Assembly: GCA_051530055.1 (NCBI GenBank)
Contig: JBMGUZ010000035.1
Location: 1-28,452 of the forward strand
Reading direction: 5' to 3'
Origin: Neoechinorhynchus agilis
Lineage: Eukaryota > Animalia > Acanthocephala
DNA: 28,452 bases
The position numbers were made by a program, and so were the translations under genes. The notes under the pieces were generated by a model. It did no database searches, was not told the origin of the DNA, and saw only the letters and a program-made list of their open reading frames with translations. Within the stretch, counting starts at the first letter, position 1; each line of letters begins with the position of its first letter. Positions 1 to 9,476 of the stretch are shown here, piece after piece.

Positions 1-289
1 GATCCCAAGTGGGGCATGTCCTACAAATCCTATAACCCACAAAATCTAGAACAAAAAAGATCCTTACGTGATTGATTTTGACAAATAAATGATCATCTTT
101 TTAATTGCCAATTTTATTCGCACTCAAGTGAAACTGCTTTGAGATCTGTCATTTCCTTCATACTATATTTTTGTCAACTGTCTCTAAATCACTAATGACC
201 ATTTTATCTTTTTCAATAGCTTTTTTGATTTATGCCATACAAATAAGTAACGCCACCGCTCTGGATCACTCAGCTTCCGTCCAGCTGTA

Positions 290-500
290 GTGGTTGAATG
301 AACGGTGCAGCGCTTTCCGTTGCACAGCAAGGCCTATGATTTGCAGTAGGAATGCTCCTGCCCTCGGATCATCAGTGATTCGTTTTAGTCTCTTGGACAA
401 TTAATTGACCAGTTCCTAAGCCGCGGTACCAAAGGACTCGAGTGTCTCAACGCCAAAGGGAACGAAATAATGATTTTGACCCAGGCCCACGTATTTGCTA
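290..500 (-). mobile_element. Degenerate 3' end (REL endonuclease C-terminus) of a CRE-clade non-LTR retrotransposon
   Basis: The minus strand reads SKYVGLGQNHYFVPFGVETLESFGTAA*ELVN*LSKRLKRITDDPRAGAFLLQIIGLAVQR. This matches the CRE C-terminal motifs (KY...FVPFGVET.G...LAVQRGNA) seen in the other copies in this window. It has in-frame stops. Confidence 0.75.
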
Positions 501-787
501 CGATCGATTTAAGCATCGGATTTGCACTAAAAAAATCACTGCAAAAGTAAGCAATATTTATCAAATTTGCCATCAAAAGCTGCTAAATTTGAAATTTAGC
601 TTACTTATTAAAATAACATTGCCAAATGAACTAATTGAATCCTCTCACTTAAATGTCGATTTTCACAAAACTCAAGATTCGAATATCGGAGATCGAAAAT
701 GATTTTTTTATTAAATTTCTATTACTACAACCATAATTTTTTTTTCATTTGAATCGAATTTTCAAAATTATTTCGCACACTTGCAAA

Positions 788-955
788 ATTTGGTTACTTT
801 TCTTTACATTCACCACCTCCCACCAAATTCCAGCTTTTGTCCTTCCTCGACCGTCGCCATCACGCTGGCAGCATTGCCCCGTTGTACTGCCAGCGAGATA
901 TTTTGTCGAAGAAATAAGCCTGCTCTTGAGTCTCCGGTTGCCTCTCTCAATTTCT
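788..955 (-). mobile_element. 168-bp 5'-truncated 3' end of a CRE family-A element
   Basis: Identical by eye to 23555-23722 and similar to ~4200-4350. It encodes KLREATGDSRAGLFLRQNISLAVQRGNAASVMATVEEGQKLEFGGRW plus the 3' UTR. Confidence 0.9.
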
Positions 956-964
956 GAACAATGT

Positions 965-1330
965 TTAATCTGATCCGTCTTTTGAATCCTCGAATACCTT
1001 TAAGTGTTCCGGCAATTCGTCATTATTACCAAGGTTGAACAAATGGAACTGTGATTTCGATATGCGATTAAGTGGTTTTCCTATCGGTGGTTTGCGAAAG
1101 AGATCAATCAGATTGGGTGATGCGCCTGTGATTGAGGGATTTACTAACGGGATTTTTCGGTGCGGTACAAAATCAGATAGATCAAGGTCGTTTTTCATGT
1201 TCGATTTTTCACATTTTTCAGAGTTTGTTTCACTGTCAATTTGTAATGGCGTATTGTCATTTATTGAACTGAACATGGCTCTGTGCGAACCTTTAAACCT
1301 GTTCTTTAAAGATTTTGGTTTGTGATAATG
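965..1330 (-). CDS. Probable exon of an unidentified host gene
   Basis: An open frame of 122 codons (HYHKPKSLKNRFKG...EDSKDGSD*) begins right after a TATTTAG acceptor-like site (AG at 1332-1331). A possible donor AAG|GTATTC lies near its end. No recognisable domain. Confidence 0.35.
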   Translation of the reverse strand, partial: HYHKPKSLKNRFKGSHRAMFSSINDNTPLQIDSETNSEKCEKSNMKNDLDLSDFVPHRKIPLVNPSITGASPNLIDLFRKPPIGKPLNRISKSQFHLFNLGNNDELPEHLKVFEDSKDGSD

Positions 1331-1835
1331 CTAAATAGGGGGTTACTAATGTAAAACTCACGTGTAAAGTCACGTTATCGATAAAAAATGAAGATAAAAT
1401 TAATGTGCATCAGCTGGTTATAATTAAGTTTACCCTAATCATTTTGTTATTATTTCGCACATTATATTGATTCTTTGCTCTAGGCGACGATCCGCATATC
1501 AATAGTTCGAAGCACGGTGCCTTGAGCACCTCTGACAAATGACTAAATTAAAATCTTATAATTTTTTTGGTGATCTCAATACTTTTTTTTCACAAAATGA
1601 TTTTTTTTACAAATTATATCGGCAACATCCAACGGTCTTGAGCAGAGAATCGCTTAAGTACTAGAAATTTTTTTTTGAATTTTTATGTGTGGCTCAGTCG
1701 GTAGTCTTTTGATAGATTTTTTCCATACACGGCCGAATGGACACACGGTCCACCGATTAAGTCTGGGAAGCGCTGGTATGCGTTCAATGCCCCAAGACCA
1801 TGCAAGATCCACACACTTGTCAGCATCTATCTATG

Positions 1836-4141
1836 TTAAACGGTGTATGGATGACGGATGTTGAAGACAAGGGAGGCGGGACTGTTTTTTGAAGGGGTGT
1901 TGATGTGGGATCGGAGGCTGGACGATTGCCCTGTTACAACTAAAATAGACGTCTCAGCTACTTGGGCAGCAGGCCGGAAATTTATTTGCGGTTTCTGTGC
2001 AGCCGCCTTGCTCAAACCTTGTTCTCCGGTTTCCCCCCTTCCCAATAAGTACTCAAACCCTAACCGCTCCCAAACCCCCAAACCCCAACCCCTTCCATCT
2101 TCAATGTCCCCACCCTAAACCTCTTCTTCTCCCTCGTTTCACCCTCTAAATCCTTTCCACCCACCCTTTGCTGTACCCGCCCTCCAAGACTCCTCTCCAC
2201 ACTCTAATTCGACTTCTCTTCATCAATCTTCTCCATTCCTTAATTCCGTTCCTATCATCTCTCATACCACCCTTCCCTCGTCCCTGCACTCTAAGTCTCA
2301 CTCTAGTCCACCATTAAAACCGAACCCCCCTTCCTCCTCGGCCTCATCTAAAACCTCCAACTCTTCTCTAGCACCCCGTACTGCTAGAAAAAACCATAAA
2401 CCCCTCCCATCCTTCTACGATTACGTTTCAACGTTAGCCCTATCAAAACCTAACACCTTCTCTCCTGTACCCCGATTTTCTAGTAAAAAGCACACGCCCC
2501 CACCGTCCTTCAACGACTACGTTAAGCATCCCTCGCCTCGTAAATTAACTCCTCCTAAACCAATCTCATCCTTGCCACCACTCATCTCTCATCCGCCTAA
2601 AACCACTATTCCGCACTCTACCAAATCTGGAAATTTTCGTTTCGCCCTTCAGAAGCGAAAAATACCTTGGACGCGCACACTACCTCACCTCTTACCACCA
2701 CCTCTTCAACTCCCAATATCCTCTTCCCCCCGAGTTCATCCCGCATGCACAGTTCCCACCTCTATGGTCCCTACACTCAAATCACCCCTTACAACAGTGT
2801 CCACCCACAAATCCCTTACCCCCGAACTACTCCCTCGGTCAACTCCCATCCCTTCTCTCCCTGCTCAGTTTCAACCCTCTCTGTCAGTGTCCACCTCTTA
2901 TGTCCCTTCTAAACATCCCTTTCCAATAATCTTTTATTCTAACACCCGTAGCCTCCTCCGCAAACTGGATGAGCTCCATATAGTGGCCTCTTCTTGCAAC
3001 GCCGACATCCTTGTAATTACGGAAACATGGCTCTCACCCCATAGCAAATTATCTGCCTTTCTTCCAAACTTTCAAGCTTTTCACCTCACAAGGGACTTCC
3101 GAAACAGGGGGAGGCATATCAATCTTCATCCGCGCGCCTCTCTCCCTTACCATTGGTCTTTACCCTACCTTTTCATCTCCGACGATATTGAATGGCTGCA
3201 CATCCAACTTCATCTCCCCCTCCGCAATGGCCAACGTGAGATCTCTATCGCTGGGATTTATCGCCCTCCTTCCTCAAACATCCCCAACACATTTCAACAA
3301 ATAGACCACCTATTTACTGACCTACTTTCCACTTCCTCAGATCACTTCATCACATTGCGCGATTTTAACAAACTGCCGATCCCGCCCTCTCTCATCTCTC
3401 CCAACTCGTTACTTTCCCTACACGCTTCTGCTCCCGCCTTGATAAAATTTTCTCAAACATCAGGCAATACTCGTGCACTACCAAACTTCCCCCCGATCGC
3501 CTCGTCTGACCATTATTCCATCCTTCTCTCCCCCCGATAAACGTTATCATCATACCCAATCCCTTGCTGCATGTGTCAATTCTCTTATCACGCAAAACCG
3601 CTCTCCAGGTCGTTCGAGTCGGTAGATTACTCTTTTCTCCTTCAATCATGTGCTTCCTTTGGCCTCCCAACTTGGCAACTCGCTTGGACTTCCTCTTTCC
3701 TCTCCAACCGCGAACAATATATCTAATGTGGAACTTCTTGTTCCTACTCTCTGCCCATGTCCCCCAAGGCGCCGTACTTTCCCCTCTTATCTTTGACATT
3801 TTTTTAAATGAACTCCATCCCCTCACTCCCTCTACCAAATATTTTCTTTATGCAGATGACCTCACAGTCATTACCATCGCATCTCCCTCTCTCTCCCTCT
3901 CCACAACCATGGACGAGTCCAACCATCTCATTTCCTCGTTCTCCACCCTAAATCTCTCCCTAAATTTATCCAAATCTCTTGAGCTTGTGTCGCATTTCCA
4001 AACGCAATCTTATCCCCGCGCCTCTCCCCACCCAACACTCCTCTTCTCTCCGAATACTGGGCCTGATTTTACAAGAAAACCTTATATGGGATGCCCACAT
4101 TTCATTTACAGTCTCTAAAGCAAACCCTCGTCTTTACCTTC
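1836..4141 (+). mobile_element. Degraded CR1/L2-like LINE: ORF1 with a degenerate PHD-like finger and Pro/Ser-rich tail, then APE endonuclease and RT; internally deleted and 3'-truncated
   Basis: EN motifs: YSNTRSL, ILVITETWL, YRPP, (G>R)DFN, SSDH in ORF 2572-3540. RT motifs: SRSFESVDY, SSFLSNREQ, HVPQGAVLSPLIFDIFLNEL, YADD, RILGLILQENLIWDAHI, KANPRLYLL. ORF1 reads AGLFFEGVLMW...DDC...FICGFC. There are frameshifts and stops. Confidence 0.88.
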
Positions 4142-7135
4142 TTTTTTTGATAAACGATAAATGTATTAAATCAATCTTCATCTCTCGACAATTAACACAC
4201 TCACCACCTCCCGCCGAATTCCAGCTTTTGTCCTTCCTCGACCGTCGCCATCACGCTGGCAGCATTGCCCCGTTGTACTGCTAGCGAGATATTTTGTCGA
4301 AGGAATACGCCTGCTCTTGAGTCTCCGGTTGCCTCTCTCAATTTCTTCGAGAGATCCTGGAGCAGAGAGAGTGCCGAGCTGCCGAGCGCTCCATACGTCT
4401 CTACCCCAAAGGGGACAAAATAGTGAGCCCTCGATAAGTGAAGATATTTCCGTATTTCCTCTCTTCCGCTGCACTAACGGCACCACCGGCGATTTCGAGG
4501 GAGTAGGGGATGTTGCTGGCTGCGAGGGTATCCACACACGTAGCGTCCCAGAGAAGGCATTTGCCCTCCCGCCACGGGAAGACCGAAATTCCATCGGGCC
4601 TATGGCGGTCTAGTCTACAGAGGTGGGCGGGTTCCAGGATGTTCGGGAAGTTTGCCGTTCTCAAAGCCCGAGAAATTGCGTTATTGATTTCAGCATGGCG
4701 TGAGAATCTTCCTCCTCACCTTCGGCCAACGAGACCGTGTCGCCCGAAAGCATCAACCAAAGACCCACATCGACAGCGATGGGGCATGCATATCGGGCGA
4801 CCAAGCCTTAAGGACACCGCGATCCTCGTTACCTCATCAGTGAGAAGACTTCCCACAGATGCCAGAGGAACAGCCCCCAACCACGCCCCCGATTCTCGTG
4901 TCGAAACTGCCAACAATCTAGCTCGGACGTCCCCATCGCGAGAACCTGAAAGTAGAGAGCTGCGAGCTCTCGCGACGAGAGGTATGTCCCAGATCGACTG
5001 TCTGAGGCCATTCACGGGAACATGGTTAGCGGGTGTCTGCTGGCACCATTCTTCAACTGCCACCACAAAGTCCTGGTCAAGACAAAACTTTCCCCTCAGA
5101 ATTATCTTCGCTATCGGTTGACTCCCTTCATACGATCCAAGAAAGGCTGGCAAGGCAAGGTCTACTAGCGCCCAAATGCCCAATCCCCCAGATGACACAG
5201 GCAATGAAGCTTGTCGCCACTCCTCATCTGAGAGCTGGACATTTAAAATGCGCTCGAGACAAGCCCTCACCTTGTTGTCGAGCTTAGCCAATGTTCGTTC
5301 TTTATCAGAAATAACGCTTCGTGGGCCGAGAGAGCGCTCACCCTATCGCACAGCAACGAAAGTTTCGGTATGATACGGCCGATCTCAGATTCGACATTTG
5401 AATCAAAGACGGAACTATCCACGAGGCGGAGTTGCTCTGGAACGCTCCCTTGACTTTGACAGCGTCTTCGATATTTAATACTAGGAGCTCACACTTTTCA
5501 GCATTAAGCTCAACGCCCAATCTCGCAGTCTCCCTAATCAGCGTCTCCAAATCGTGCAGTACAACGGAGGGATCACCTCCGAGCGTAGCGTCATCCAAGT
5601 ACCAAGCGCTGAAGCTGGAATGGAGAGAGTGCGCTATTGGATTTACTGTTAGGGAGAATGCGATTGGACCGAGAGGATCTCTTTGCTGCACTCCTCTTTC
5701 GGACCAAATGAGGTGGTCTTCGAAAAGCAAAGGAGTCGCCGTCCCGTAGGCATTGAGAAAATACTGGAAGGCTTCTGATGCGTGATCTCTAATAGCGCAG
5801 AACATGCTTTCTCTATTGAGAGAGTTAAAGGCATTCTAAAAATAACACTTAAGAATCACGCACGGCTCTGAACTCCTCGTAGTAAAGCTTGTGGGCGCGT
5901 GGACGATAGCTTCCGCCCCGCAGGATGTGCAGCAGCCCAGTTGGACTGGGCGAAGTTGCTACCCAGTTTTCTCTGTGATACGTTTACAGAGAATTTTTGC
6001 TGCAAGTCGGCGTATAGTCGAAGATACGGCGATGGGACGAATCCCACCTTCTTTTTTTGTGAGGGCACATAATGATGCTCGGAAAAATAGGTCTTTTGCA
6101 ACGGGATTCAGGTCCTCTCCAGTCAGGCGGTCGACTAACCGAGAAAGCGCACTTTCTAGAGAGAGCTGCTTCACAGCCCGTCCCATTTGCAAAAGATGAT
6201 ATGGTCTTTTTTAACTCTAAAATTTGAGTGGGTGAGCTGTTTTGTATGGGAGGAAATGGGTGTTTTGACCGGAGTATTTGTACTGTCGCGTTGTATCCTT
6301 GTGCAAAACTGTCGGAGGATGACAATAACCGAACAGCCTCCCGAACATCTCCGTCCGCAAGCTTCGAAGAGACACGTTCAGCCAGGGATCGCTTTGAAAA
6401 ACGGCAACGAAACCCCTCCTTCGTGCGTCCTTTACGAACCTCGCGAAATTTCATTTCGAAATTACTAAATATTTGTTCGAATTAGGCCACCTTTTCTTTG
6501 ATTGTTGATGTCAAAGAAACTCCAGAATCATCACTGGTGCAAAGGACTAAGCGCGGGAATGCGAAGAGCCGTGTCCATGATGGCGTACAGTTCTTTTGGA
6601 GGCAATCGTTGAGCAATCCCGTAAATGCTTTGGCGACCTGATATCGTGCGCCCTTTGAAATCCGTTTCAGGACGTTCCTGGGCAGAACCCGCACGATATC
6701 AGGTATCGAAATAGAGTCAATGGTGATTTGAGAGGTCCCAGGCATAAACAAATCGGTTGATGGTGGTGGAGAACCCGACCCGCTACAGCGGAGATCCCCC
6801 CAAATTGGATAATTTAAAAGACTTACCGCAAACCGAACACAAACCAGTAGAGACGCGTGGTAGCCCGGTAGCGTTGGTCTTCTCAGGTTGAGCGCGATCG
6901 ATAAGTGGCGCGTTCAAATTGTCTGCGTTGGGCGTTTCTTCGGTTCTTTCACTTGGCTCATTTTGGGCGGGCAAGTTTACGTCTTCATAATGTTGGTCAG
7001 CATCCAGGTTCCGAGCGAAGCGAGGAACGTGCCGTCCTCGAGCGAAGCGAGGGGACGGCATCGGTGTCGTCGGTGGTGGAGGCGGCATCATTGTCGTCGG
7101 GGAATCTAAGTACAGTGTGAATTTAATCATCACCC
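4142..7135 (-). mobile_element. Near-full-length CRE-clade non-LTR retrotransposon (family A), frameshifted
   Basis: The N-terminus has a Pro-rich stretch and a zinc knuckle (CSVCGKSF). RT motifs: GGIRPIAV, GVQQRDPLGP, WYLDDATLGG. There is a CCHC finger (CRCG...H) and an REL nuclease (RPDGISVFPWREGKCLLWDATCVD, AVQRGNA). A T-run at 4142-4148 is the poly(A) tail. Confidence 0.92.
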
Positions 7136-7254
7136 ATGTTTGTAAATTAAAATTCCTTTAAATTTTTCGCCATGAACAAACATAAATAATTAAACACTGA
7201 GGGATTCATTCTCTATTATCAGAATTGCACATCCTCAGTTAAAAAAGACATTTA

Positions 7255-7326
7255 ACAAAATGCTTATTAAACTAGACTTCACGAAAGCTTTTGACTCCAT
7301 GAGCAGGATTTTCTTATACATAGTAG
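7255..7326 (+). mobile_element. Relic of a LINE RT, apparently split by the Penelope insertion (possible continuation at 12949-13000)
   Basis: It reads NKMLIKLDFTKAFDSMSRIFLYIV, the LDFxKAFDS RT motif. The right flank of the Penelope continues in frame as VGIPPIEIKDTIH. Confidence 0.6.
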
Positions 7327-7465
7327 TTTATTGATAGTTGCAACCTTATTAACCTCCCCGATGACTGATTTATTTGTACGAATTTTCGTCTGCATGCAGA
7401 CCTCTTCAGGTATCTAGAATAGTACGTGGTGAGTGTAGCTTGAGCAGAACTCGGGTGCCCGGGGT
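7327..7465 (-). repeat. Inverted copy of the Penelope 3' pseudo-LTR (pairs with 12810-12948)
   Basis: The reverse complement matches 12810-12948 over 139 bp with 4 mismatches counted by eye. Confidence 0.95.
7377..7412 (-). ncRNA. Minimal type I hammerhead ribozyme motif in the inverted pLTR
   Basis: The minus strand reads TAC-CTGAAGA-G-GTCTGC.AT.GCAGAC-GAAA-AT-TC-GTA. It has a 3-bp stem I, a palindromic stem II and a palindromic AATT stem III, as described for dimeric PLE hammerheads. Confidence 0.8.
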
Positions 7466-9476
7466 CACAATCAGAACGCAGTATTGCAACGACTCCATGA
7501 ATTATATCTACAGACTGGTGAGATGTGAAGAAGGGCTTAACAAAATGTCCGCTTCAATTGCATTTTTGAACAAATGCCTCCAAAATGGTATAACTCCAAT
7601 AAGCGCAAGATCAAAAAGCGGGATAATTGGATTTGAAGGATCGGAATTTCAGAACAAAAATCAGAAAAAACTAATGAAATTCGCAGTAAAAAACACAAAG
7701 ACAAGAATTAGTAGATTGAAACCGATCACGACGAGGATTTGGGAAAAGCTTGTTCTTATACTGAAAACAAAAGATATACTATTGGTCAACGAATTTATCA
7801 ATCAGAAGATCACTGAAGCGAACACTATCATCCTTCAAGGACACCAAAAAAGTTTATGAAACTTAGAAAAACCAACCAGGACCCTAGATCGAGTAATAAA
7901 TCAATCATAAACTGGTCGGAACGGAAGTTATCCGAATCAGAAGAGGAGGTTCTAAGACTTGGACCGAATTTCATACATAAAACAAAGGTTAAGGATATAG
8001 AAATGCGATGTGACACAGAAATCATGGTCAGTAGATTGCCAAACGACATGATAGGTGGAATTATAGATTATGATCTGAGAGCGAGACGAATGTCTGAGAA
8101 GTACCGAAAAGACGATAACTTGACGCCGGAACAAAGAGCCGCTCTGAAAAATTTGTCAAAAGATGCATCAATCTGCATGTGTAAAGCAGACAAAGGGCTC
8201 GAGTTAGTTATTTTGAACTCAGCAGACTATATTCCAGCAGGTTACAGGTTATTACGGTCAGAACAATTCAACACACTTGATTATGATCCTACAGAAAAGA
8301 GGGAAAAAGAAATGAACAAAATATTGCTAGAGTTGAAGAAAGCAGCTAAAATCACAGAGGAGACATATCGAAGATGCAGATTTAATAATGCAACAACCGC
8401 ATATATGTATCTACTACCTAAGATACATAAACCGAAACTCCAAGTCAGACCGGTCATAGCGGCGTATGTTTCGTTTAACCACTCGTTGGCGAAAATGCTG
8501 AACACATGTATTAGGGGCTGTAGACCACTAAACGAACATGGAGTTTTGAACGGAGCGGAATCTTCCATCAAACACATCCTGGTTTATAACGGCCGATATT
8601 AAAACTTTATTCACTAACATTCCTCTTCACGAGACCACTGAGTTGACGGCTAAAATACTCGAGAAAAACTGTGGCGAACCAAAACTGAACTTGACCACAT
8701 GGTCTAAACTACTAACACTATGCACGAAAAAATCAGCATTCAAATTCAACGACAGTATTTTCGAACAAGTGGACGGAGTGGCGATGGGGTCGCCACTAGG
8801 ACCAGTATTAGCAGACATATACCTGGTTAATTATGAGAAGGATATAAAAAACGATATAAGAGGATTAACCCACTGGTGGAGGTATGTTGATGATGTTTGC
8901 ATGGTATTCAACAATGATCTTAGTGATTTAGAGGTTGAAAGTATACTTAACGCTAAAAATCCGTCGATCCAGTGGACAATTGAGTGAGAGATAAACAATC
9001 GCATATCTTTTCTGGAAGTGGAAATAGTGAAACATATGGACAGAATCGAAACAAAGGTATACAGAAAACCCAACATAAACTGGCACACAAGTAAATGGAC
9101 ATCACATTCTATTCAGGAGAGCTATGAGAATATGCTCCGAGGAGAAAGGACAGAGGCAAGAAATTGACTCAATAACATCAATGCTCAGAGAGGAGGGATA
9201 TCCTAATTGGGCAATTAAAAGGTCCTTAATGAAGACGAGGATGAGTTTTCAGCGAGAGAAGAATGAGACGAACACTACATCGAAAAACAACCCGAAACCC
9301 ACCGCCAATCAGAAAATATTCTTGGAATCAAAATTCATCAATGAAGCAACTCTGAACAAATTACAACATCTTATAAGAAGATGCAAGACCCACTCGGTGT
9401 CAATATATTCTAAAGCAGCAACGAAGTTGGCGGGTATATTCAAAAAGCAACCAAAACAAGAGGATAAAAGTATGAT

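Noticed and set aside
5368-5374. Third GTATGAT, inside CRE-A
   Set aside because: It lies within continuous RT coding sequence with no insertion boundary; a chance 7-mer.
4178-6485. Many overlapping opposite-strand ORFs in the track (e.g. 4510-5121, 5891-6199, 9528-9944, 11978-12078, 23887-24028)
   Set aside because: These are antisense or alternate-frame shadows of GC-richer CRE coding sequence, with no independent motifs.
7374-7465. N-terminal part of ORF 7374-7859 (MYEFSSAC...)
   Set aside because: It runs through the inverted pLTR and is a chance open frame. The real Penelope coding sequence starts after ~7465.
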